Shown here: positions 1 to 8,451 of the stretch, one piece after another
Layout of the letters: every line of letters starts with the position of its first letter
How positions within the stretch are numbered: the stretch's first letter is position 1
DNA from: a virus
DNA: 64,000 nt
IMG/VR virus record: IMGVR_UViG_3300033145_001324
Span: 6,059-70,058 of that record
Reading direction: 5' to 3' (one strand)
Made by a program: the position numbers and the translations under genes
Notes under the pieces: model-generated
Database searches by the model: none
Told to the model about the DNA's origin: nothing
Seen by the model: the letters and a program-made list of their open reading frames with translations, nothing else

Positions 1-1
1 A

Positions 2-538
2 AGTTAAATGATATAAAGGAGTTTTTCTTCCTTTTATTCTAACTTTCATTCTTCCTTGAGGATAAAAATTTAAAATATCATTTAAAAATTCTTTTGAACA
101 ACTATAAAACTCCGCTCTTAAATATTCAGAATTTTGAAGATAACGACATCCGTCTCCATCAAAGTATCCTCTAATAAAATGTTTTATTAACTTGAAATCC
201 AATACCAAAGGCATTCTGATTTTATTAAATTTTCTTTCTACAACTCCTAATTTTATTAAATCTTTACATAGTTCTGAACACGAAACTTGAATCTCATATT
301 TCTTCTTACTACTTGGAAAACCAGAGTTATCCTTTATTTCACTAATTTTATGTTCGGATTTAATAGCTTTTTTAAAAAGCGTTAAAATTTCTTTATCAAT
401 AGATTTCCATTTTAAAGAATAACAATTATGATTTTTATTTCGACTTCCATTATAAGTTACACATCCATCAGCAAATAAAAAACCTAAGAAATATGCTTTT
501 TCCTCTGTATTTATAGTTTTAAAATATTTTTTGTCCAT
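2..538 (-). CDS. LAGLIDADG homing endonuclease (truncated at window edge)
   Basis: Not in ORF track; manual translation from ATG at 538: MDKKYFKTINTEEKAYFLGFLFADG...HFIRGYFDGDG, two LAGLIDADG motifs; no stop before the edge. Confidence 0.85.
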   Translation of the reverse strand, partial: MDKKYFKTINTEEKAYFLGFLFADGCVTYNGSRNKNHNCYSLKWKSIDKEILTLFKKAIKSEHKISEIKDNSGFPSSKKKYEIQVSCSELCKDLIKLGVVERKFNKIRMPLVLDFKLIKHFIRGYFDGDGCRYLQNSEYLRAEFYSCSKEFLNDILNFYPQGRMKVRIKGRKTPLYHLT

Positions 539-540
539 AC

Positions 541-2130
541 TTATACCCCGATACCCCAGTCTTGAGACATTGGTTTAGTTTGATTAAAATCTTTTTTCAT
601 CCATTGTGCAATTGAAAATACACGAAAAGCATCGAATAAATGGTCATTCTCTGCAATACATTTATAAATTCTTCTACTTCCTGATTGCATTGATACAACT
701 TGATTAAATTGAGAATCAAATTTATAATCTTTTGGAATGCTTATTCTTGCTTCATATAATAAAGTCTTTAATCTACGAACAGAAAACTCACTCATAAATT
801 CTTCTGTATATTGAGGTTGACCTTTTTTTATAACAATGTTACCTTTTTCATCTTTTTCGAAGTCAACAGCTAATTTAAAAGTTCCTCTATATTCTACTAA
901 ATTTTCTTTTCCGTATTTTTTTTCAATTTGTCTATAAATTGCACGACCTGTGCCATCTCCGCAATCGAGACCAACAACATTTGCTTTAACTTGTCCTATA
1001 AGCCAATCAAAGATAGCAAACTGTTCATCAAATTTTAAATTAAATAAAGAAATATTATACAAATAATTATATTTCTCTCCAATTTCTGATAATATAATAA
1101 TTTCACTTGACGCAGATTCTCCAATATCAGAACAAATAAAAACTCTATCTGCATTGGGGGGTTGTTCAGCTACTATAACATCTTTAAAACGAGAAAAATT
1201 CTTTTTATTAATTTCAAAAGATTTTATTTCTTTCTTTTTATTATAACATTGTTTAACTCTTTCCATATCAAACTCTGAAATACCTGATTCTTCGACTTCG
1301 CCCAAAACATAAATTTTATATCCAACAGAATCTTTACCTGAAAAATGCTTAATTCTATCTGCATTGTCTTTTTCGTCGAATAGAGGATTAACGAACTGTG
1401 GAAGATTTATAAGTTTATTTTTATTATTATAGTCATAAAATACTTTACCTGCTGGGGAATAACGCACGAAATTTGTCATTCCGCTAAATCTTAAAACTGC
1501 TCCTAATTCTGAAAGACTATCTTGACGTTTATCTTCTACTTTCAAAGGTTCAAGAGAAGATTCTTCCATCCAAACTTTTTTTACATGTAAACCATACCAC
1601 TGATGTCCTGGATTTTTTGAAAAAATATTTTGATTCACTCCTTCAAGTCTCCAGCCATTCTTACACACTATTTTCCATTTTGGAGATTTCTTTGCTTCTT
1701 TTTTCCAATATTTTATTATAGGATGATTTTCTACAACTTCTTTTATAACATCCAAAATAGAATCTATATGGATAGCATCATAAGAAGTAAATGCACACCA
1801 CCATCCATCATCATGTAAAATTGAAATAGGAATGTCAAGCTTCTCGCTAATTAAAGATTTACCAAATTTCCTCGCTCCGAAATTGTAACTATCGCCTACA
1901 TTCTTTCTTAATTCAAATTGCTCTTTAACAGATAGTCCTGGAACTTTTTCGTCAATTATAGGTTCATGAGAAAGAAACGGTATTTGGTATAAACGAAGAT
2001 TGCCAAATTTATTTTCATCAAATTCCGAAAGGTTATCGTAATCCGAAAAAAGGCTCTCAACAAGACATCGGGGCGTATGAAATGACTCCATGAACAAAAG
2101 TTCAGACTCCGTAATCCTTTCAACGAGCAT
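541..2130 (-). CDS. terL: Terminase large subunit
   Basis: Walker A-like GARKFGKS, Walker B VWMEES, RNase H-like nuclease residues (ICSDIG, GLDCGDG, NDHLFDAFR); 529 aa. Confidence 0.8.
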   Translation of the reverse strand: MLVERITESELLFMESFHTPRCLVESLFSDYDNLSEFDENKFGNLRLYQIPFLSHEPIIDEKVPGLSVKEQFELRKNVGDSYNFGARKFGKSLISEKLDIPISILHDDGWWCAFTSYDAIHIDSILDVIKEVVENHPIIKYWKKEAKKSPKWKIVCKNGWRLEGVNQNIFSKNPGHQWYGLHVKKVWMEESSLEPLKVEDKRQDSLSELGAVLRFSGMTNFVRYSPAGKVFYDYNNKNKLINLPQFVNPLFDEKDNADRIKHFSGKDSVGYKIYVLGEVEESGISEFDMERVKQCYNKKKEIKSFEINKKNFSRFKDVIVAEQPPNADRVFICSDIGESASSEIIILSEIGEKYNYLYNISLFNLKFDEQFAIFDWLIGQVKANVVGLDCGDGTGRAIYRQIEKKYGKENLVEYRGTFKLAVDFEKDEKGNIVIKKGQPQYTEEFMSEFSVRRLKTLLYEARISIPKDYKFDSQFNQVVSMQSGSRRIYKCIAENDHLFDAFRVFSIAQWMKKDFNQTKPMSQDWGIGV

Positions 2131-2856
2131 TGTGAAACTCCTTTAATTTAATTACTAAAAGCTCTTTATTTGTAAGTTCGTGTTCCCAGATTATTAGAGT
2201 TTTATATCCATATTTCTTATAAGTGCGTAAACGATTTATATCTCTTTCTTTTGCGTCTTCCCTATTATGCCAATAATCACCGTAAAGTTCTATGATTTTC
2301 TTCTTTCCGTTTATATTTATAAAATCAGGAACAAACCCACCGATAAATCTGCCACCTGTTCCTACAAATTTATATTCTTTAGAAAATAAAGTAATAAGTA
2401 ATTTTTGTAAAAATTTTTCTGGTTTGTTAGGAGTTAAATTAAATCCTTTAAATATCATAGCCATTCTTTTTTGTTTATATTCGTCATTTTGCCATAACTT
2501 TTTCTGTGTCAACCCAAAACAAGTTTTGCATCGCTTAGATTTATAATGAGCTAATTTTTTACCACAATCTATACAATTGGGATAATTTGGTCCTTTATGA
2601 GACCTTTTTTGTTGTTTGCGGGCACAAGTAAGCACATTTTGGCTTGATAAGAAGATAAAAGCTTACCACAAAAAGGACAATAATAAATTTTATTAGTTCG
2701 CCCATCTTTATAATTAAAATTCTTCTTACCTTTAAATTTTCCCTTTAAAGCATTACTTTGGTTCATACGATGAGATTGGGATTTGGGAACACCTTTATGT
2801 ATTTTAGCTAATTTTGCTAAATGCTTTTGTTGTTTTATAGATAATGCTTTTTTCAT
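2120..2856 (-). pseudogene. NUMOD3/Zn-ribbon + Vsr-like (DUF559-type) endonuclease split by a frameshift
   Basis: ORFs 2569..2856 and 2120..2635 join into CPFC...MC-LTC if one base is added near 2630; C-terminus PNKPE..FVPDF..IIELYGDYWH parallels intact paralog 28042..28755. Confidence 0.7.
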
Positions 2857-2859
2857 TCT

Positions 2860-3036
2860 TTATTTCCCCGTTAATAATTCTTTTAAAGATTCAAAAAGTT
2901 CTTCATATTGTAATTCGTAATTTTCTTCAGGAAGAAGTTTTTTTAATTGTTTCCTGAAAGATTTTAATACTTTATTAATAAATTTATCCCGTGTAATAAG
3001 TTTTTTATTATAATAACCTATTAATTTTTTAGACAT
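2860..3036 (-). CDS. Small hypothetical protein (58 aa)
   Basis: Manual translation MSKKLIGYYNKK...ELLTGK*; fills gap in co-oriented operon. Confidence 0.55.
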   Translation of the reverse strand: MSKKLIGYYNKKLITRDKFINKVLKSFRKQLKKLLPEENYELQYEELFESLKELLTGK

Positions 3037-3086
3037 TGTTTTTTAGTCTTTCTAAAATGTTATAATTGATTTTTTGAAACAGAATC

Positions 3087-3719
3087 TTAATCGGAAGGTT
3101 TATCGGGAACAGAATGCCACTTGTCTATAAGCCATTTTACATAAAATTCAGAACAACCTAAAATTTCCGCTACATCGTCCTTAGTAATTATTCCTTCTTT
3201 AAACAACTTCGCTAAACGCTCATTATAAAGCACTTGGTCTTTAAAGTAAGGATGTTTCTGTGCTTCCCAAATATCAGTTTTTATTTTTAGTAATATCATT
3301 TTAGAACAATGAGTGCATTTTATAGTGCGTGATGCCTGATTGGATTCACGCCACTTAGCGAATTTCTTTTTTAGTGTTTGAATATATATAAAAGGGTCAT
3401 CTCCTGTTTTATCTTCTCTAATAAGACCCAATTCCTTCTTTAAAATTATTATTTGTGCCAAGTTCTCATTTAACGCTTTAAGAATAGCATTGGGGATTTT
3501 TGGTGTATCAGAAGTAGTTATACTATTTGAAAATTTTTCGATAGATTTACGATACCTTAACTGAAGTGCCTCGAAAAAAACCAGTTCTGATAAAAGCTGC
3601 GAATCACTAATATTATCAATGTGATATTTTTGGCGATAATCCTGAAAACGATTACTCGCCCAACGCTTTTCTCCTTTGGACGATAATCCAGAGTTGTCAA
3701 AATCGTTATTTTTTGGCAT
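3087..3719 (-). CDS. Hypothetical protein, candidate terminase small subunit
   Basis: Upstream of terL, 210 aa, helical core, CTHC ribbon and C-terminal HTH-like ITKDDVAEILGCSE; assignment by position only. Confidence 0.35.
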   Translation of the reverse strand: MPKNNDFDNSGLSSKGEKRWASNRFQDYRQKYHIDNISDSQLLSELVFFEALQLRYRKSIEKFSNSITTSDTPKIPNAILKALNENLAQIIILKKELGLIREDKTGDDPFIYIQTLKKKFAKWRESNQASRTIKCTHCSKMILLKIKTDIWEAQKHPYFKDQVLYNERLAKLFKEGIITKDDVAEILGCSEFYVKWLIDKWHSVPDKPSD

Positions 3720-4764
3720 TTTTGTGTTCTTTCGTTTTTACATTATGACAAGGTTTGCATAAAGTTTGTCCGTTGCTTACTTCCCAAAATGGTTTATATT
3801 TCTTAGCAAGTTTTACTAAACTTTTTTTATCGTCTATTGGCGAAAATTGGTCGTATAGTTTTAGAAAATCGTTATAAATATAAGAGAAAGATTCTTTATG
3901 ATGAGATTCTATTTTTTTACCTTTATAATTGCATTCTTGGCAGGTGAAAATATCTCGTTTAAAAACTTCAAATCTCCATTGTTTGTATTCAGGTAAATGT
4001 CTAATCACCTCATATAAAGAACTGATTCCCCCTTGCCAATTCCAATGGTTTTTTCCTTTACTAAAAACGTGCCAGCAGTTTTTGCATCGTTTAGCGAGCG
4101 ATGGCGGTATTTGTTTTCCGCAATCTATACAATTATTTTTGTTTGCGTATTTACCGTGTTTAATCTTTGCACAAACAGAACATCTTTTTGCATAGCAGTT
4201 TGTTAATTCTTTATCACAATCTATACATTTATTATTAGGTTTTCGATTACGTTGATTTGCACAAAAAACACATCTTCCTTTACCATAAAAAGCGGTTGTA
4301 TAATGTATTTCTTCCCCACAAACTTTACAATAATATTTTTTATGTCTTTTTTTAATTTCTTCTTTATGAGTTTGGTAATAAATTTTAGCGTTTTCTGCTT
4401 TATGTTGTTTATTCAACTCCGCCCATTTTTTGCTTCTTAATTTTATTTCTTCTCTGTGAAGCAAATAATAAATTCTTTGTTGTTTTGTAACTTTCTCTTT
4501 AATCTTTTCTTTATTTGTTTCTAAGTAAATTATTCGTTCTTGTTTGCGAACCTGGCTGCAAAATTTTGCTTTTTTTCTACGTTCTTGTTTGTGGGAATCT
4601 CTGTATTTTCTGCTATAAATTGAAATCTTTTCTTTATGAAGGTGGCGGTATTCTTTTTGACAGGTTGTGCACCAATGCTGTAATCTATCTTGAGAGGAAT
4701 TGTCTTTACCAAATTTCGTAATCTGCTTATTTACCTTACATTTTGTGCAAATCTTCGTTACCAT
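3706..4764 (-). CDS. HNH homing endonuclease with multiple CxxC Zn-ribbons
   Basis: KICTKC N-terminus, repeated CIDC/CxxC units, WQGG..EYKQWR..VFKRD.FTCQEC..HH...NGQTLCKPCH. Confidence 0.85.
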   Translation of the reverse strand: MVTKICTKCKVNKQITKFGKDNSSQDRLQHWCTTCQKEYRHLHKEKISIYSRKYRDSHKQERRKKAKFCSQVRKQERIIYLETNKEKIKEKVTKQQRIYYLLHREEIKLRSKKWAELNKQHKAENAKIYYQTHKEEIKKRHKKYYCKVCGEEIHYTTAFYGKGRCVFCANQRNRKPNNKCIDCDKELTNCYAKRCSVCAKIKHGKYANKNNCIDCGKQIPPSLAKRCKNCWHVFSKGKNHWNWQGGISSLYEVIRHLPEYKQWRFEVFKRDIFTCQECNYKGKKIESHHKESFSYIYNDFLKLYDQFSPIDDKKSLVKLAKKYKPFWEVSNGQTLCKPCHNVKTKEHKNAKK

Positions 4765-4826
4765 TATATACCTTTACTTTATGTTTGTTTTATACATTTT
4801 TAGGTATGAATTTTATGTTAAGAGAT

Positions 4827-4858
4827 AAAAAAATGGACAGGTTGTGGATAACCTGCCC
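4827..4858 (-). terminator. Intrinsic terminator (loop region contains TTATCCACA)
   Basis: Minus strand GGGCAGGTT-ATCCAC-AACCTGTCC followed by A and a T7 run; 9-bp stem with one G-U. Confidence 0.7.
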
Positions 4859-4868
4859 TTGGGGATGA

Positions 4869-4916
4869 CTAATAAATAGATACTCCTAAATTAATATATA
4901 AAAAGCTCATAGACAT
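4869..4916 (-). CDS. Possible 15-aa leader peptide MSMSFLYINLGVSIY
   Basis: Between promoter 4947-4995 and terminator; purine-rich GGAAAGGG upstream; very short so may be untranslated. Confidence 0.3.
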   Translation of the reverse strand: MSMSFLYINLGVSIY

Positions 4917-4946
4917 AAAAATACACCCTTTCCTATCTCTATCTAT

Positions 4947-4995
4947 ATTATACCATATATTAGGGGGGTGAGTCAAGTAAATAATCGATTTATTT
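4947..4995 (-). promoter_or_regulatory. Class A promoter
   Basis: AAATCGATTATTTAC-TTGACT-18 bp-(TGG)TATAAT. Confidence 0.8.
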
Positions 4996-5017
4996 TAAAG
5001 GTGGTCTCTATCATCAC

Positions 5018-5206
5018 TTACCTCCGTAACGGAAAAGCGTTATGATAGATACTGTGTTTTTCTATTAAATCGCTAAAGTCTTTTTTCGCATAAGCCATTG
5101 ATTGCCCTAATATCTCTCGTTGTTTATTTTCTGCTACCATTCCGTTCATTTCTATTTCTGCTTGCAACATATTCATTTGGAAATATAATAGGTCTTTATC
5201 ACTCAC
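5018..5206 (-). CDS. Small hypothetical protein bounded by junction repeats
   Basis: GTG start and RBS supplied by the upstream repeat; stop lies within the downstream repeat. Confidence 0.7.
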   Translation of the reverse strand: MSDKDLLYFQMNMLQAEIEMNGMVAENKQREILGQSMAYAKKDFSDLIEKHSIYHNAFPLRR

Positions 5207-5790
5207 TTACCTCCGTATAATTTATGGATTATTACTGAAGATAATTCTTTTGCTTTTTGTTCCAGCCATAAATCTCTTTCATCATCAAACTTTATACCCT
5301 CTAACTTCGCTACATGTCTTTCAAGTTTTTTAGTGAAGGTAATAATCTTACTACTCATAATTTCTTTTGCCAGTTCCTCAACCCCTATCCTCGTCCGAGA
5401 GAGTTCGGCTTCTGCTTTAACCCTTTTTAATCGTTCATCTTCTAACATTTTAGAATATAGGGAAAAGTTATCTTTTAACTTATCATATTCATCCTTCAAC
5501 TCATCCCTCTCTTTGATGAGTTTAGCCACTACTGGAGTGCAGAGGTCTATGGTTTTATTAAGTATATAATCTGTTTTACAAGAATTTCTATATATATCAT
5601 TGCTTGTGCATTGTTCTGGCTTGGTATATCTCTTCTCAGGCAACACTCCCTCAGCTTTCTCTACTGCCTCAAGGGTTGAGATGGCAGAACGGATAGCACT
5701 TAACTTACTCTTTCCTGGTTCTGTCTTTTGTATTATATCTTGTGCGTAGTATTTTTCTATCTCTTTTAATATCTCTATGTCTTTATTCAT
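5203..5790 (-). CDS. Mosaic coiled-coil hypothetical protein (paralog of 6499..6855)
   Basis: Likely start MNKDIEILKEIEKYYAQD at 5790; shares four sequence blocks with 6499..6855. Confidence 0.75.
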   Translation of the reverse strand: MNKDIEILKEIEKYYAQDIIQKTEPGKSKLSAIRSAISTLEAVEKAEGVLPEKRYTKPEQCTSNDIYRNSCKTDYILNKTIDLCTPVVAKLIKERDELKDEYDKLKDNFSLYSKMLEDERLKRVKAEAELSRTRIGVEELAKEIMSSKIITFTKKLERHVAKLEGIKFDDERDLWLEQKAKELSSVIIHKLYGGK

Positions 5791-5951
5791 TTGATTTCTC
5801 CCAAAGTATCTTCTATGACTCTCCTCATATTTGATTTGAACCACTCAAAGTCAAATACTCGTTCACGAATATGTGAATACTCTTCCTTTATAGACTCTTC
5901 TGCAAACCTCATAGCCTTGCTCAATAAATGTTCTTTTATTTTATTATCCAT
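5787..5951 (-). CDS. Small hypothetical protein (54 aa)
   Basis: Manual translation MDNKIKEHLLSKAMRF...TLGEIK*; GGGGGAG upstream; ATGA overlap with next gene. Confidence 0.6.
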   Translation of the reverse strand: MDNKIKEHLLSKAMRFAEESIKEEYSHIRERVFDFEWFKSNMRRVIEDTLGEIK

Positions 5952-6182
5952 CTACTCCCCCAATCTTTTTATTAATGTTGACCATATTTTTTCTATACCT
6001 TTTTGATATGCTTGTATTTGAGAATTGTTATAAGATTTTGGAAAATCATACATACACATATTAGCTATATCATTTATCTCTTTTTTAAATAGGTCTATGA
6101 GGGCGATGGTGGCTTGGTCAACTGTAACCCCTGGATGTCTTTTAAAAGCCCACTCTACTATCTCTCTAATCTCTTTTTTCAT
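5952..6182 (-). CDS. Hypothetical protein
   Basis: First gene after class A promoter 6244-6292. Confidence 0.6.
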   Translation of the reverse strand: MKKEIREIVEWAFKRHPGVTVDQATIALIDLFKKEINDIANMCMYDFPKSYNNSQIQAYQKGIEKIWSTLIKRLGE

Positions 6183-6243
6183 AATCTAATCCCTTTCTCT
6201 CTAATCTCTTATTTTATTAGTCAATAATTAACCCTTTTTATTC

Positions 6244-6292
6244 ATTATACTATAAGAGGATGGGCTCGGTCAAGTAAATAATAGATTTATTT
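6244..6292 (-). promoter_or_regulatory. Class A promoter
   Basis: AAATCTATTATTTAC-TTGACC-18 bp-TATAAT. Confidence 0.8.
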
Positions 6293-6334
6293 TTAACTAC
6301 TTTAAAAAAGATTTAATCACTTACCTCCGTATCT

Positions 6335-6499
6335 TTATGCCTTCGGGCAAAACATACCCTCATTAAAAATACACTTTACATTATGAGTTTTGCAAATAAA
6401 GGTTTCTCCTTCATCTGTTGTTACGATATTGCATTCTTCAATATAAACCTTCTCATCTGTTGAATACCAAAGATTATTTTGTAATTCTTTTATCTTCAT
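6335..6499 (-). CDS. Small Cys-containing hypothetical protein (54 aa) bounded by junction repeats
   Basis: Manual translation MKIKELQNNLWYSTDE...GMFCPKA*. Confidence 0.6.
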   Translation of the reverse strand: MKIKELQNNLWYSTDEKVYIEECNIVTTDEGETFICKTHNVKCIFNEGMFCPKA

Positions 6500-6855
6500 C
6501 ACTTACCCCCGTATAGTTTATGGATTGCTTGTCTGGCTATCTCTTTCATTTTCGGCACTAAAGTAGGCACGTCCTTAACAAAGGGGACTGTCATTTTTTC
6601 TATTTTCTCTAATGCCTCAACCCCTATCCCCTTTATCCGAGAGAGTTCGGCTCTTAATTTTACAATTTCATTTGAATCTGCTTTATGACAAGCCCTTAAT
6701 AAATCCCTCTCCTTGATTAACTTCTCCTGTGCCTCAAGGGTTGAGATGGCAGAACGGATAGCATTTAACTTACTCTTTCCTGTTTCTGTCTTTTGTATTA
6801 TATCTTGTGCGTAGTATTTTTCTATCTCCTTCAAAACCTCTATATTATTCATCAC
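6499..6855 (-). CDS. Mosaic hypothetical protein (paralog of 5203..5790)
   Basis: LKEIEKYYAQDIIQKTE.GKSKL.AIRSAISTLEA, LIKERD, AELSR, IHKLYGGK shared with paralog. Confidence 0.75.
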   Translation of the reverse strand: MMNNIEVLKEIEKYYAQDIIQKTETGKSKLNAIRSAISTLEAQEKLIKERDLLRACHKADSNEIVKLRAELSRIKGIGVEALEKIEKMTVPFVKDVPTLVPKMKEIARQAIHKLYGGK

Positions 6856-6885
6856 TCCACCTCCTTGTGTAAATTTCTTGATACC

Positions 6886-7191
6886 TCATTCTGTTTGTTT
6901 GAAATAAGAATTTTGCAACAGGCAGAGGGCTTGCTCTTTTACAAGTTCAAACTCTGCTACATAAGCCTTTAATTTTAGCTTAAAAGACTCAGTCAAATCT
7001 CTGCATTGATAGGTTATGTTTCCTTTTATTTCAATAGTATAAAGTTCTTTTATATTCTTTTTTCTTAACCATTCAACTAAATCGTTCTCTAAAATCTCCT
7101 TTTCGCATTTCAACGCATTTATTATTTTATCTTCTTTTAATTCCCCTAAATAAGTTGTGCTATTAATTGTTATTACTTTTAAGTTTTCCAT
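6886..7191 (-). CDS. Hypothetical protein
   Basis: ORF track; AGGAG RBS upstream. Confidence 0.6.
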   Translation of the reverse strand: MENLKVITINSTTYLGELKEDKIINALKCEKEILENDLVEWLRKKNIKELYTIEIKGNITYQCRDLTESFKLKLKAYVAEFELVKEQALCLLQNSYFKQTE

Positions 7192-7780
7192 TTGTTTTCT
7201 CCTTTTTTAAATAAGGGCACCATTTTGGTGCTTCTATTTGTGTATGCCACGGGAAAGAGCCGATAGTTCTTTCCCTTTTTAAACATTTTGGATGTAATTC
7301 CAGCATTCCTACCACGCAATCATAATATTGACATCCTTTACAATAATAAACTTTTTTACTGATGATAGGTTTCCTCTCAGGCAAACTATCTAAGAACAGC
7401 TTAGTTATGGCTTTGAGTTTACTTTTAACATACCTATTTGCTTGGTTCTCATTTAGAATCTTATGGTTGTAAGCCGTTTGATATATTTCTACTATCAGTT
7501 TCCTTAATTCAGCTTGTTTGGTTGTTAGTGTTTTTTGGTAATTTTTTAGTGTTATTATTGTATGTATGGTTTGTTCTTTATATGGTGCCATTCGCCATTC
7601 TTCTGCTTCTAAGGCATCTGCATAATTTTCTACCGCTTTATTTATTGTTCTACCCATACGAACATTTATATTGCAAATCTGTGCTACCCTACCAAACTCT
7701 ACTGCCACATATTCCTCAAAATCATTAAGATATATAGTTACACCTTCTGGGAGTCTTTTATCTGTAAAAGTTTTAGTCAT
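7163..7780 (-). CDS. Hypothetical protein with C-terminal Cys cluster
   Basis: Start reassigned to MTKTFTD in the junction repeat; YCKGCQY...C...PKWCPY tail. Confidence 0.6.
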   Translation of the reverse strand: MTKTFTDKRLPEGVTIYLNDFEEYVAVEFGRVAQICNINVRMGRTINKAVENYADALEAEEWRMAPYKEQTIHTIITLKNYQKTLTTKQAELRKLIVEIYQTAYNHKILNENQANRYVKSKLKAITKLFLDSLPERKPIISKKVYYCKGCQYYDCVVGMLELHPKCLKRERTIGSFPWHTQIEAPKWCPYLKKEKTNGKLKSNNN

Positions 7781-8237
7781 CACTCCACCTCTCTCCATTC
7801 CAAGTCTTTTGATATTTCTCTTTCATTACAAAAGCAAGCCAGAGTTGTTCCATTGAATGAAATTGAGTAACATAAGCTTCTTGCTTTGCTATTGCTTCAA
7901 ATTCTTTCTTGTGAGGCATAACTCCAGAACCTCTTTTTGGAAATACAAAGAGATGAAAACTATCTAATCTTTCGTGGTCCGCACAAGTTCTAACTTCTTC
8001 TCCTATTATTTTAATCATCTCCTGCAACTGGTCTTGTCGAGGGAGCCAAATTTTAGATGAACCATAACTCCTCATAAATCTGAGATGTTTTAAATATGTT
8101 GTTGTTTTTTCATCAAATCCTACTCTAACATGCAATTGAGATAGCGATACTATAAAATCACCTAATTCTTTTTTATGTTCTTTTTGGATTTCTACTGCCA
8201 TTTCACACATCTTTATGTTTTCTTTTGAAGTATCCAT
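7773..8237 (-). CDS. Conserved phage hypothetical protein
   Basis: IKMCE.A.EIQ, IWLPRQDQLQEM, SMEQLWLAFVMKEKY.K.W motifs typical of an uncharacterised phage family. Confidence 0.65.
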   Translation of the reverse strand: MDTSKENIKMCEMAVEIQKEHKKELGDFIVSLSQLHVRVGFDEKTTTYLKHLRFMRSYGSSKIWLPRQDQLQEMIKIIGEEVRTCADHERLDSFHLFVFPKRGSGVMPHKKEFEAIAKQEAYVTQFHSMEQLWLAFVMKEKYQKTWNGERWSDD

Positions 8238-8238
8238 T

Positions 8239-8385
8239 TTATTTTCCTTTTATACAATCTTCACATTTAAAAATACCATTATTAGACTTGTCGATAAAAC
8301 TTAAAACCCAAGGAAGATATTTATTAAATTTTTTACAAATAGGGTTATCCTTTTTATCATATTTTAATCATTTTATTATTTTCAT
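8239..8385 (-). pseudogene. Small Cys-rich gene with in-frame TGA at codon 6
   Basis: AAGGAG RBS then MKIIK*LKYDKKDNPICKKF...KCEDCIKGK*. Confidence 0.5.
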
Positions 8386-8406
8386 AATTCACTCCTTTTT
8401 ATTTTT

Positions 8407-8451
8407 ATTATATCATACTCCATAGAGCTCAGTCAAGTAAATAATCGATTT
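8407..8451 (-). promoter_or_regulatory. Class A promoter
   Basis: AAATCGATTATTTAC-TTGACT-18 bp-(TGA)TATAAT. Confidence 0.8.

Larger units (their letters stand above)
5014..6513 (-). repeat. Four copies of 15-bp gene junction TACGG(A/G)GGTAAGTGA
   Basis: + strand TCACTTACCTCCGTA at 5014-5028, 5203-5217, 6317-6331 and TCACTTACCCCCGTA at 6499-6513. Confidence 0.9.
6849..7791 (-). repeat. 15-bp direct repeat GAGGTGGAGTGATGA flanking two genes
   Basis: + strand TCATCACTCCACCTC at 6849-6863 and 7777-7791. Confidence 0.85.

Noticed and set aside
6161-6210. 15-bp direct repeat TCTCTCTAATCTCTT 35 bp apart
   Set aside because: Low complexity; likely a local duplication of a gene start with no wider pattern.
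5203-6855. Paralog pair as DGR template/variable repeats
   Set aside because: Differences are not adenine-specific and no reverse transcriptase is in the window.
5014-7791. Junction repeats as a CRISPR array or integron attC sites
   Set aside because: Repeats are 15 bp, separated by whole genes, non-palindromic; no cas genes or attC R/L boxes.
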